Source of the DNA: Candidatus Bathyarchaeia archaeon
GTDB taxonomy: Bacteria; Hydrogenedentota; Hydrogenedentia; Hydrogenedentales; SLHB01
Direction: 5' to 3'
DNA length: 64,000 nt
Assembly (NCBI GenBank): GCA_035530195.1
Contig: DATKVG010000128.1
Location: 597-64,596 of the forward strand
Shown in pieces: positions 1 through 8,570 of this stretch. The position numbers and the translations under genes were made by a program. The notes under the pieces were generated by a model, which was given only the letters and a program-made list of their open reading frames with translations, had not been told where the DNA came from and made no database searches. The number at the start of each line of letters is the position of its first letter. The first letter of the stretch is position 1.

Positions 1-465
1 AATGCTCGCGATATCCGCCGCACCGCCACGGTTCAGGTGCTTCGGCGCTTTCCGGATCAGGTCGTGGTCAACCAACAGTTCCTCCGGGAAGATATCGCCA
101 ACGTACCGCACCGTGTTGTCCACCCGAACCCCCACCATATTCGTCAGCGGCGCGTCCACCGACACAATGGTCGGAACCAGCACCATCCGTTTCCCCCGTT
201 TCCACGCCAGGTACTTCGCCGTGTCGCAGCACGACCCCCCGCCAACTCCAACCACCACGTCAAACGCCGGCGCCGTCGCCTCCAGCCGCTCGACCGTCTC
301 CAAGTCCATGTCCGTCACCATGTGCACGTGCTCCGGCGACCACCGGAGCTGCTCCTGCAACAGCCCCCATGGTATCTCCATCGTCGCCACAAAAACTTTC
401 CCCGGCAAGTCCTTCAGCTTGCGGACCACCCCCGAACCCGATTCAATCCTCGGCGCCCTATACAT
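1..465 (-). CDS. Fe-dependent alcohol dehydrogenase / glycerol-1-phosphate dehydrogenase-like protein, N-terminal part (gene runs off the left edge)
   Basis: Not in the ORF track because it is edge-truncated. Reverse translation from CAT at 463-465 gives MYRAPRIESGSGVVRKLKDLPGKVFVATME...FDVVVGVGGGSCCDTAKYLAWKRGKRMVLVPTIVSVDAPLTN... This shows the GGGS loop, D.AK and PT..S.D pattern of the Fe-ADH/G1PDH superfamily. Confidence 0.6.
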   Translation of the reverse strand, partial: MYRAPRIESGSGVVRKLKDLPGKVFVATMEIPWGLLQEQLRWSPEHVHMVTDMDLETVERLEATAPAFDVVVGVGGGSCCDTAKYLAWKRGKRMVLVPTIVSVDAPLTNMVGVRVDNTVRYVGDIFPEELLVDHDLIRKAPKHLNRGGAADIASI

Positions 466-504
466 CTCAGCCCTCCCGCCTTATTCTTACTTCTCTCCAT
501 CTTC

Positions 505-596
505 AATCGACAATCAGCAATCGACAATCACGAATTTCCCCGGTCTCATTTGTCCTTTGTAATTTGTCCTTTGTAATTTGTCCTTTGTCCTTTCTT
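505..596. repeat. Short tandem repeats: 7-bp units (aatcgac/aatcagc/aatcgac/aatcacg, 505-535) and 14-bp units (tttgtcctttgtaa x2 plus a partial, 549-596)
   Basis: Read directly in the intergenic DNA between the ADH-like start and the GNAT stop. A related word (caaattacagatgataaa) occurs near 17660-17690. Confidence 0.6.
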
Positions 597-611
597 CCCG
601 CCGGCCACCGT

Positions 612-1238
612 TCACCGGCCACCGGCCACCGGACGCCTCAGCGAATACGCCATCGGCCCGCCGCCGCTCACCGGACATTCGTCAACAAGCACAAACCCAA
701 ACCGCTCATAGAACCCCACGTTCGACTTCTTGTGCGTCACCACAAAGCTGGCAACCCCCTCCCTGTCCGCCAACTCCAATCCCGTCGCGATAAGCCTCCC
801 GCCCACGCCCGACCCCTGCCGCGACGGGTCCACACCAAGCACGTCCAGCACCCAATACGGCTCCCGCCGCATCAACGCCGCCTGATGGTTCACCCCCTCC
901 CTGAAAATGCCCCACGCCCGCAACATCCACCGGAAACCCAAGTCCAACGGCATACGCCAATAACCCGCCCGCAACATCCGACCCAACGGCACCTCAAACT
1001 TCCCCGGCGGAAACCACAGTGCCGCCCCCGTTATCCCGCCCCCGTCGTCCACCGCCACCCACGAGGCGCCCAGCGGCGCCAATACGCTCGCCCAATGCTC
1101 GATCGCCCACGCCGTTGTCCGCGGCCGCGCCGCCGGGTCCGGCGTCAAAAACGACCACATCGGGTCATCCTGAAACGCTCGCGCCAACATCCGCGACGTC
1201 TCCCCATACCGATCCGGCCGAAGCGGTACTATCTCCAT
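612..1238 (-). CDS. GNAT family N-acetyltransferase
   Basis: ORF 612..1271. The VLDVLGVDPSRQGSGVGGRLI...FYERFGF motif is a typical GNAT acetyl-CoA loop. The start at MEIVPL (1238) is preferred because GGAGG lies just upstream; 1271 is the alternative. Confidence 0.8.
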   Translation of the reverse strand: MEIVPLRPDRYGETSRMLARAFQDDPMWSFLTPDPAARPRTTAWAIEHWASVLAPLGASWVAVDDGGGITGAALWFPPGKFEVPLGRMLRAGYWRMPLDLGFRWMLRAWGIFREGVNHQAALMRREPYWVLDVLGVDPSRQGSGVGGRLIATGLELADREGVASFVVTHKKSNVGFYERFGFVLVDECPVSGGGPMAYSLRRPVAGGR

Positions 1239-1399
1239 AAACCCCTCCACACACACGCTAACCAAAAACAATCAACCCCTTCAACCTCCTCGCTTGCGTC
1301 TTTTTTTCATCCTTCCTCCTTCCTCCTTTCCATCTGTCCCATTATTTGACATGCCTTTTTACCTGATCCAATATGGCATTGGTGCCAGGGAGACTTACA

Positions 1400-2557
1400 A
1401 TGACCCGTAATTCCATCGTTCTTCTTGCGATTCCCGTAATCGCCATGGTTTTCTGCACGGCCCTTCACGCGGAGGATTCCACATTGGACGCAAAGCATGT
1501 GCGAGTCTATTACGAGCCGGGCCGGTTCGGCGGCTGGCCCGCCAACCACGGCATGTGGATCTGGGGCAACGAAATCCTGGTCGGGTTCAGCCGCGGCTGG
1601 TATAAAAACCTCGGGCCCGAACGCCACGCCATCGACCGCGAGCGGCCCGAGGAACATTTACTCGCCCGCAGTCTCGACGGCGGCGAAACATGGACCATCG
1701 AGAACCCCGCCGAGAAAGGCTATCTCATACCCGAAGGCAAGAGCCTGCACGGCATCGAGTTGCCAGGCGTCGCCATCAAACCGCTCGCCGACTGCCCCGG
1801 CGGCATCAACTTCACCCACCCGGATTTTGCCATGACGATCCGCATGAACAACGTCGACGGCGGCCAGTCGCGCTTCTACTACTCGTACGACCGGGGCAAA
1901 AACTGGGCAGGCCCGTTCCGATTCCCCGACCTTGGCACTCGAGGCGTCTCCGCGCGCACCGACTACATCGTCGACGGCCCCGCCGAATGCACCGTGTTCC
2001 TCACCGCCGCGAAAAGCAACGGCGAAGAAGGCCGGCCGTTCTGCGCACGCACAACCGACGGCGGCGCCACGTGGGCCTTCCTTTCGTGGATCGGCCCCGA
2101 ACACGACGGGTTCGCCATCATGCCGTCGACGGTCCGCCTGTCCGCCAACGAACTGTACACGGTCGTTCGCCGCCGCGAAGGGCCGAAACGGTGGCAACTC
2201 GCCTACCTCTCCGAAGACAACGGCCAATCCTGGCGCCCGATGCCCGACCCGGTCGACACGCTCGGCGAAGGCAACCCGCCAAGCCTCATCAAGCTCGAGG
2301 ACGGCCGCCTCTGCCTGACGTACGGCTACCGGGCCAAACCGTTCAGCATCTGCGCCAAGATCTCCTCCGACAACGGCAAGTCGTGGAGCAACGAGATCGT
2401 CTTGCGCAACGACGGCATCGACCGCGATATCGGCTACTGCCGGAGCGTCCAGCGGCCCGACGGCAAGGTCGTCACCACCTACTACATCTCCGACCCGCAA
2501 ACCAAGCCAGACCGGTACATCGGCGCTACCATATGGAGCCCGCCGCCACCGCCATGA
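1400..2557 (+). CDS. BNR/Asp-box repeat protein, sialidase-like (GH33-like) exported protein
   Basis: ORF 1373..2557. It has repeated SxDxGxTW-type Asp boxes (SLDGGETW, SYDRGKNW, TTDGGATW, SEDNGQSW, SSDNGKSW). An N-terminal signal peptide starts at MTRNSIVLLAIPVIAMVF, with GGGAGA 6 nt upstream of the ATG at 1400. Confidence 0.8.
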   Translation: MTRNSIVLLAIPVIAMVFCTALHAEDSTLDAKHVRVYYEPGRFGGWPANHGMWIWGNEILVGFSRGWYKNLGPERHAIDRERPEEHLLARSLDGGETWTIENPAEKGYLIPEGKSLHGIELPGVAIKPLADCPGGINFTHPDFAMTIRMNNVDGGQSRFYYSYDRGKNWAGPFRFPDLGTRGVSARTDYIVDGPAECTVFLTAAKSNGEEGRPFCARTTDGGATWAFLSWIGPEHDGFAIMPSTVRLSANELYTVVRRREGPKRWQLAYLSEDNGQSWRPMPDPVDTLGEGNPPSLIKLEDGRLCLTYGYRAKPFSICAKISSDNGKSWSNEIVLRNDGIDRDIGYCRSVQRPDGKVVTTYYISDPQTKPDRYIGATIWSPPPPP

Positions 2558-3525
2558 ACGTCCAGTGCGAACTGTGCCCGAAAGCCTGCATAATCGCCCC
2601 CGGGCAGAGCGGCGAATGCCGGATTCGCGTCAACATCGACGGCACGCTCGCCGCCGTCACGTACGGCCACCCGTGCTCGGTGCATGTCGACCCCGTCGAG
2701 AAGAAGCCCATGTACCATTTCCTTCCGGGCACGGGCATCCTGTCGCTGGCCACGGTCGGGTGCAATCTCCACTGCAAGAACTGCCAGAACTGGGAGATCT
2801 CGCAGGAAAACCCCGAGAACGTCCGCGCCGCCGAACTTCCGCCCGAGAAGATCCCGGCGCTGGCCGTCGAGTACGGCTGCTCGTCCGTTGCCTACACCTA
2901 CAGCGAGCCGCTGGCCTGGTACGAGTACACGCTCGACGGCTGCATCCGCGCCCGCGAAGCAAGGCTGCGCAACGTCATCGTCACCGCCGGCTACGCCAAC
3001 CGGCCGCCGCTCGAGAAACTGTTCAAATACGTCGACGGCGCGAACATCGACATCAAAGCCATGTCCGACCAGTTCTACCGGGACGTGTGCGGCGCCACGC
3101 TCAAACCCGTGCTCAACGCGTGCGTCCTCGCCAAATCCGCCGGCGTCTGGGTCGAACTCACCAACCTCGTCATCCCAACACTCAATGATTCGGACGACGA
3201 CCTTAAGAAACTCGCCCAATGGATCGTTGAAAACATGGGAAACGACACCCCGCTCCATTTCTCGAGGTTCTTCCCGCAGTACAAAATGCGGAACCTGCCC
3301 GAAACGCCCGCAGACACGCTCGATCGCGCCAAACAAATCGCCATCGCCGAAGGCATACAACACGTCTACGTCGGCAACCTCGCCCGGCCCGAAGGCAACA
3401 ACACCTACTGCCCGTCTTGTAACCGGCTCGTCGTCGAGCGCCGCGGGTTCGCCGTCATCCGCAACGAAATCACCGCGGGCAAATGCCCCGCCTGCGGAAC
3501 GGAGATCAAAGGCATATGGATCTGA
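2554..3525 (+). CDS. AmmeMemoRadiSam-system-type radical SAM enzyme (PflA-like activase family)
   Basis: This is the in-frame part of ORF 1690..3525. It reads MNVQCELCPKACIIAPGQSGECRIR...SLATVGCNLHCKNCQNWEISQ, giving a CxxxCxxC radical SAM motif plus the N-terminal Cys cluster typical of this family. The ATGA overlap with the upstream stop supports the start. Confidence 0.85.
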   Translation: MNVQCELCPKACIIAPGQSGECRIRVNIDGTLAAVTYGHPCSVHVDPVEKKPMYHFLPGTGILSLATVGCNLHCKNCQNWEISQENPENVRAAELPPEKIPALAVEYGCSSVAYTYSEPLAWYEYTLDGCIRAREARLRNVIVTAGYANRPPLEKLFKYVDGANIDIKAMSDQFYRDVCGATLKPVLNACVLAKSAGVWVELTNLVIPTLNDSDDDLKKLAQWIVENMGNDTPLHFSRFFPQYKMRNLPETPADTLDRAKQIAIAEGIQHVYVGNLARPEGNNTYCPSCNRLVVERRGFAVIRNEITAGKCPACGTEIKGIWI

Positions 3526-3683
3526 CCCGCAGACATTTCATCCGCAACGTGTTCCTCCTTCTCGCGCCCATCATCATCGCGCCACGCAAATGGACCCGCG
3601 CCATCCGCGCCCGCATCTACCCCGGCCCCGTCGGCCCCCTCGACCCCGCCCAAATCCGCCATCCCGCCAAATGGGCCGGCTGA
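3516..3683 (+). CDS. Small hypothetical protein (55 aa) with an N-terminal RRHF twin-arginine-like motif and one hydrophobic segment
   Basis: Internal ATG of ORF 3483..3683. The ATG overlaps the radical SAM stop (ATGGATCTGA). Sequence is MDLTRRHFIRNVFLLLAPIIIAP... No family is recognised. Confidence 0.3.
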   Translation: MDLTRRHFIRNVFLLLAPIIIAPRKWTRAIRARIYPGPVGPLDPAQIRHPAKWAG

Positions 3684-3700
3684 AGCACTGCCACTTATTC

Positions 3701-3745
3701 ATTCGTCCCATACGTCTCATACGTCCCATACGACCCATTCTCTCT
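3701..3745. repeat. 9-bp periodic mini-array (attcgtccc atacgtctc atacgtccc atacgaccc attctctct)
   Basis: Read directly. It lies upstream of the ECF sigma gene. The reverse complement is GGGACGTAT-like. Confidence 0.6.
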
Positions 3746-3813
3746 GCAATCTCCCCCGTTTGACTCCGTCCCGCGCTCCGGCAATACTGAAACAGGCTCC
3801 GGAGAAGTGAACC

Positions 3814-4413
3814 TTGGCGCAGCTTGTGGCGTATACACACGAGACACCCGACGCGGTGCTGGTCGATCGCGCTCGATCGGGCGACGCGGACGCATTCGCC
3901 GCGCTAGTGCGCCGGTACGAGCGGCCGCTGTACGCTTACGCCCGGCGCATGCTACGTTCCGCCGACGAGGCCGAGGACGTGTTCCAGGAGACGTTCCTGC
4001 GCGTCCATCTCCACTTGGACCGGTTCCGCGAGGGCGCGCCGTTCCGGCCGTGGCTCTACCAGATCGCCACGAACCTCTGCCGAGACCGGCAGAGGTGGTG
4101 GCGCAGGCGTCCCCAGGTGTCGCTGGACTCGGCGCGCGGCGGCCAACCCGATGCGCCGACGTACGCCGACACGCTGGCGGCGCCGGACCCGGGGCCGGAT
4201 CGGCTGGCGCGCGAGGCGGAAGCGGCGGAGCGGCTCGAGAACGCGGTGGCTCGCCTGCCGGTGAAACAGCGTGCGGTGTTTTTGATGGCCCGATACGACG
4301 GGCTGTCCTACGATGAGATTTCGAAAATCTTGAGTATCCCCGTGGGTACGGTAAAATCCCGGATGAACACGGCGGTCAACAGCCTGCTCGCGGCGATCCA
4401 GGAGACGGACTGA
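3814..4413 (+). CDS. ECF-type RNA polymerase sigma-70 family factor
   Basis: Region 2 (EDVFQETFLRVHLHLDRF...PWLYQIATNLCRDRQR) and region 4 (LPVKQRAVFLMARYDGLSYDEISKILSIPVGTVKSRM). It has a TTG start with GGAGAAG 6 nt upstream. Confidence 0.85.
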   Translation: MAQLVAYTHETPDAVLVDRARSGDADAFAALVRRYERPLYAYARRMLRSADEAEDVFQETFLRVHLHLDRFREGAPFRPWLYQIATNLCRDRQRWWRRRPQVSLDSARGGQPDAPTYADTLAAPDPGPDRLAREAEAAERLENAVARLPVKQRAVFLMARYDGLSYDEISKILSIPVGTVKSRMNTAVNSLLAAIQETD

Positions 4414-5390
4414 TGGACGGGCAAAACATACAATGCGCGGACGTGCGCGCCGGCCTGCGCGACTATGTCCTCGAGCGGCGCGCGGATCTCGAAGCCCATT
4501 TCGCGGCGTGCCCCGCGTGCCGCGAGGCGCTCGAAGCCGAACGCGCCACGATCGCCCGTCTCGACATGTTGCCGCAGGTCGAGCCGCCGGAAGGACTCGC
4601 CAAAGAAACGCTCCGGCGTATCGCAGAGACCCAACGCGAGGCCGAACGCGAAGCCGAGGAAAGAAGGCGCAAGCGGGTTCCGCGGCTAGTTTCCGCGGTG
4701 GCGTCGGTATGTCTTGTCGCGGTTTGCGTGGCCATCCTTCTGCCGGCCCTGGCGCGGTCCCGCGAATCTGCCAGGCGGAGTTCGAGCGCCAACAATCTCA
4801 AGCAGATGGGGCTGGTGTTCAAGATGTACGCCAACGAGTCGCCCGGCAGCCAATTTCCGCCAATGGCGCCGTATCCCGACCTGTGTGTATTCGACCTGCG
4901 CACGGTTTATCCGGAATTCTTGTCCGATCCTTCCGTGCTTGTCAGCCCAAAGCTGCCCAAGGCTGAACAATTGGTGGCGAAGTTGCGCGAGGCGTTCGCC
5001 AAAACCCCGCCCGATTGGGACCTCGCCCACCGTATCGTCGCGCAAAGCTACGTCTACACGGGCTACGCTATCAAAGAAGATTCGGAACTGGGCACATTCC
5101 GGGAAGCTCGCGTACGCCTGCACGACAAGGACCTTGAGGTCACCGGCCGGGCTCTGTTCCGCCTGCGCGAAGGCGTCGAACGGTTCTGGATCACCGACAT
5201 CAACAACCCCGCCGCGGACGCCGTAGGGCAATCCGGAATCCCCGTTCTCATGGAGAATCCTTCCACGCGCAAGGACGGAATTAACGTCCTCTACATGGAC
5301 GGCCACGTCGAGTTCGTGCCCAACGGCGAAAAGTTTCCCGCCACAAAAGCGTTCCGGGAAGCGTTTCCGTTGCCGCCGCTGAAAAAATGA
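4413..5390 (+). CDS. Anti-sigma factor (zf-HC2) fused through one TM helix to a DUF1559 / H-X9-DG pseudopilin-like domain
   Basis: The N-terminus has HFAACPAC (HxxxCxxC). The TM segment continues as ILLPALARSRESARRSSSANNLKQMGLVFKMYANES. The C-terminus is NVLYMDGHVEFV. There is a 1-nt overlap with the sigma gene stop. Confidence 0.75.
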   Translation: MDGQNIQCADVRAGLRDYVLERRADLEAHFAACPACREALEAERATIARLDMLPQVEPPEGLAKETLRRIAETQREAEREAEERRRKRVPRLVSAVASVCLVAVCVAILLPALARSRESARRSSSANNLKQMGLVFKMYANESPGSQFPPMAPYPDLCVFDLRTVYPEFLSDPSVLVSPKLPKAEQLVAKLREAFAKTPPDWDLAHRIVAQSYVYTGYAIKEDSELGTFREARVRLHDKDLEVTGRALFRLREGVERFWITDINNPAADAVGQSGIPVLMENPSTRKDGINVLYMDGHVEFVPNGEKFPATKAFREAFPLPPLKK

Positions 5391-5453
5391 ACCTTCCCCG
5401 ATTTCGGGCGTAATAGCCGGTGACGCCGTTGACGGCGCAACCGGAGATTTGCC

Positions 5454-7802
5454 ATGAGACTCGCCCGCCTGTCCTTGCTCTTTCTGCTCGTAAGTGCCTG
5501 CGCATTCGCAGAAGATAAGCCCGCCGCGGCCGCGCCGCCACGGCCCGCTCCCAACCTGCTTATCCCCGACCTGCCCAGCGCCAATATGTATTTGTCGTGG
5601 GACGATTTCTGCCGGATCCTCGATATGCTGGCGGCGGCGCGCATCGAGGAAAAGCCCGCGCCCGAACCCGAGCCGCCCGTGGCATGGAGCCTGGTTGCCG
5701 CCGACTATGTGGCCGAGGCCAACGCGGCCAGTGTCAAAATCCAGGCCGACATTCAACTCAAGGTGTGGAAGAAGGGCTGGATGCAAGCCCCTGTAGTCGG
5801 CGAGTCCGTTGCGCTCGAATCGGCCGAGGTGGACGGCAAACCGTTTGCCCTTCTGTCCAAGGAAGGTTGGCTGGCCGTGATGCTCGACACGCCCGGCGAC
5901 CACACGGTCCGCCTCGTGTTTCACGTGCCCGCACAACAGGCCGAAGGCGTCGGGTCGTTCGCGTTCAAGTGCGCGCGCACGCCGATCACGCGCATGAAGT
6001 TGCACGTCGACACGCGCGGCGTCGAGTTTAGCGCGAACGCCGACACACGGTTCCGGAACGACAGTGAGGGGACGTCGGCGGACCTGGTGTTCCATGGGAC
6101 CGAGGAGATTAACGTGTCATGGCGTTTACCCGCGGAAGCCCTGCCCGCGGCCCCGCCCAAAGAGCCGCCGCGAATCACCTGCCTGGCCTCGACGCTCGCC
6201 ACCGTCACTGAAACCCATATCGCATGCCACACCACGCTCCAATATGACATACTCCGCGGCGAGACTGCCGGATTCAACCTCGCCCTGCCGCTGGGCGTCA
6301 ACCTGCTGCGCGTTGAAGGCAACGGCATCGGGTGGAATGCCACCGAGGACGGCGCCCGGCAGAATGTGTCCGTTGGCGTCAACCACGCCATCACCGATCA
6401 TTTCACGCTCACGCTCGACTATGAAGTTCCGGTTGCCGAAGGCGCGGCCGCCGTCACCGTCCCGCGGCTCGACGCGCTCGAAGTCGCACGGTACAGCGGC
6501 TTCATCGCGCTGGCCACGCGCGGCAACGTCGAGATTGATTTGGGACCCGAATCCGAAGGCGTCCAGCGCATCGACACCTCCGACCTGCCCGCCGGGCTCG
6601 AGATGCAGTCGCCCGAGCCCATCCTCCACGCGTTCCGCCACAACGAACCCGAGTATCTGCTCGCACTCACCTACAGGAAACTCGCCGAAGTACCCGTGCG
6701 AATCGCCGGCATCGAAACCGCCAGCGTCACCTCGATGCTCACCGACGAAGGCGTGCTGGTCACCCGCGCCGCCTACCAGGTGCGCAACAACCTCAAGAAA
6801 TTCCTCCGGGTTAACCTCGGCCCCGGCGCAGAAGTCTGGGGTGCGCAAGTGGCCGGCATGCCGGTGCGGCCCGCCAGGGACAACGCCATCTCCGGCGATC
6901 CGGATCTCGCCGTAAAGCCGGCGGCGGCCGAAGTGGTTCTCATCCCGTTGCGCAAATCCAGCGAAGCCGGCGGCAGGCTGTTCGATGTCGAGATCGTTTA
7001 CGCGCGGCGGCTGGACTCCAAGAAACTCTGGGAAACCCCGCTCGAAGTCGTCGCGCCCGCCACAGACCTCCTTGCCGACCGCCTGCAATGGGACATCTAC
7101 CTCCCCGAAACCCGCCACATCTATCACGCCGCGGGCGATCTCAAGCCGGTCAAGGCTCGAAGCATTGTTGCGAGTGCCGCGGGCCGCGTCCTGCAACCGG
7201 CCGGATGGGAGCGGCGGCCGGAAACCATATACCGGATGCGGGAAGGTATCGAGCGGTACTTCATCAAAGACATCAACAACCCCGCTGCCGTTGCCGCCGG
7301 GACCGGCACGCCACGCTACGACGGCGCAAAGAACAAGGAAGCCGCCGAACGCCTTGCCCCGCTGGCCCCCATCGATACGCGCGTGGCCGGCGTGCTCCCG
7401 ATCCCCGTCAGCTTCCCGCTCGCGGGCACGCGGCAAGCGTTCGAACGCCTGCTCGTGCCGCAGGATACGCCGCTCAAGATGACGTTCCATACGGCCAACG
7501 CGAAGCTGGTTGCGACGGTATGCAAGGGCTTATGGCTGATTCCGATCCTGGCCGGGCTGCTTGGCGGGGTGGCCCTGCGCAGGGCCATGCGCGGCCTCAG
7601 GATCGGCGCGGTCCATCTGACCGTGTTTGTTGCGATGTCGGCGGCGGTTGCCGTGGCCGCCCTCGCAACCGGCGCCACCGGCCGGATGCTGGCGCTCTAC
7701 GTTATAGCCGCGGCCGCACTGCCCGCGGCTCGACTCGCCAAACCGCGCCTCGCAAGACTCCTACGCAGCCCGGCGCCACTGAACGAACCGGAGGAACGCT
7801 GA
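5454..7802 (+). CDS. Large exported protein (782 aa) with C-terminal TM helices, function unknown
   Basis: Signal peptide MRLARLSLLFLLVSACAFA and clean coding composition. Hydrophobic C-terminal segments (LWLIPILAGLLGGVAL..., VFVAMSAAVAVAALA...). It is co-directional and tightly spaced within the sigma/anti-sigma operon. Confidence 0.75.
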   Translation: MRLARLSLLFLLVSACAFAEDKPAAAAPPRPAPNLLIPDLPSANMYLSWDDFCRILDMLAAARIEEKPAPEPEPPVAWSLVAADYVAEANAASVKIQADIQLKVWKKGWMQAPVVGESVALESAEVDGKPFALLSKEGWLAVMLDTPGDHTVRLVFHVPAQQAEGVGSFAFKCARTPITRMKLHVDTRGVEFSANADTRFRNDSEGTSADLVFHGTEEINVSWRLPAEALPAAPPKEPPRITCLASTLATVTETHIACHTTLQYDILRGETAGFNLALPLGVNLLRVEGNGIGWNATEDGARQNVSVGVNHAITDHFTLTLDYEVPVAEGAAAVTVPRLDALEVARYSGFIALATRGNVEIDLGPESEGVQRIDTSDLPAGLEMQSPEPILHAFRHNEPEYLLALTYRKLAEVPVRIAGIETASVTSMLTDEGVLVTRAAYQVRNNLKKFLRVNLGPGAEVWGAQVAGMPVRPARDNAISGDPDLAVKPAAAEVVLIPLRKSSEAGGRLFDVEIVYARRLDSKKLWETPLEVVAPATDLLADRLQWDIYLPETRHIYHAAGDLKPVKARSIVASAAGRVLQPAGWERRPETIYRMREGIERYFIKDINNPAAVAAGTGTPRYDGAKNKEAAERLAPLAPIDTRVAGVLPIPVSFPLAGTRQAFERLLVPQDTPLKMTFHTANAKLVATVCKGLWLIPILAGLLGGVALRRAMRGLRIGAVHLTVFVAMSAAVAVAALATGATGRMLALYVIAAAALPAARLAKPRLARLLRSPAPLNEPEER

Positions 7803-7803
7803 C

Positions 7804-8553
7804 ATGCGCGTCCGCGTCTCATGGAAAGAATGGGTGGCAATCCTGGCGTTGCTGGGCGTGGCAGCCGTCATCATCCTGCCCGCCCTCAGCCGCGCCAGGG
7901 AAAGCGCCCGCCGGGCGTCCTGCGCCAACAACCTCAAACAACTCGGCCTGGTCTTCAAAATGTTCGCCAACGAACACAAGGGCCTGTTCCCGCCCCTCAG
8001 CCCGAACCCCGGCAACTGGATCATGGACGTCAACACCGTGTTTCCCGAGTACGTATCCGACCTCCACATCTTTATCTGCCCCGACAGCCCGTTCGCCTAC
8101 GACGATACCTTCACGCTCCGCAGGACGTTCGACCACCCCGGCGCGAATGCCGGCGACATGCACCCCGACTGCGTCTCGTCCCTCTTCTACACCTACACCG
8201 GTTACACCCTCCTCAGCGACGAGCAGGCGCTGGCCCTCTACGAGGCGTTCGAGCAAGGCTGCGGCGAGTTTGACCAGGCCGGCAACGTCGATGCCGCGGT
8301 CCCCGTATGGCCCGGCAGCGGCCGAACCAACGGCTACGGGCCCGAAGGCATTCCCGTCATGTGGGACCGGATTCCGCCAACCGACCCCGAGTTTTCCCAC
8401 ACGCCCTGCGGCGCAAACATCCTCCACCACAACGGCAGCGTCCAGTTCGTCCCCTACTCGCCGTACAACACCTCCAACAACTTTCCCGTAACCCGCCTCA
8501 CCGCACTCACGTTCGGCAGTTCCATCCCCACCCTCTCCGGCGACTGCTACTGA
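7804..8553 (+). CDS. DUF1559 / H-X9-DG pseudopilin-like protein
   Basis: IILPALSRARESARRASCANNLKQLGLVFKMFANEHKG ... ANILHHNGSVQFVP. It is clearly paralogous to the C-terminal domain of 4413..5390. The start is 2 nt after the upstream stop. Confidence 0.8.
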   Translation: MRVRVSWKEWVAILALLGVAAVIILPALSRARESARRASCANNLKQLGLVFKMFANEHKGLFPPLSPNPGNWIMDVNTVFPEYVSDLHIFICPDSPFAYDDTFTLRRTFDHPGANAGDMHPDCVSSLFYTYTGYTLLSDEQALALYEAFEQGCGEFDQAGNVDAAVPVWPGSGRTNGYGPEGIPVMWDRIPPTDPEFSHTPCGANILHHNGSVQFVPYSPYNTSNNFPVTRLTALTFGSSIPTLSGDCY

Positions 8554-8570
8554 TGAAGAAAGAACACAGT

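Noticed and set aside
369-1349. 326-aa ORF (+), and 2..562 (+), spanning the first 1.3 kb.
   Set aside because: The translations are Pro/Arg/His-rich nonsense. The opposite strand encodes a recognisable Fe-ADH-like N-terminus and a GNAT.
4686-6095. Long antisense or out-of-frame ORFs throughout the window. Examples: 4686..6095(-), 6126..7490(-), 7088..8491(+), 16005..17045(-), 16322..17644(+), 19461..20717(-), 21734..22978(+), 22903..23817(+), 27349..28659(-), 40966..41997(-), 41690..42685(-), 43021..44361(-), 47546..48880(-), 50020..50754(-), 60240..61340(+), 61819..62682(+).
   Set aside because: They have Arg/Pro/His/Gly-rich, low-complexity translations typical of shadow frames in GC-rich DNA. 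Each overlaps a gene on the other strand or frame that has clear family signatures.
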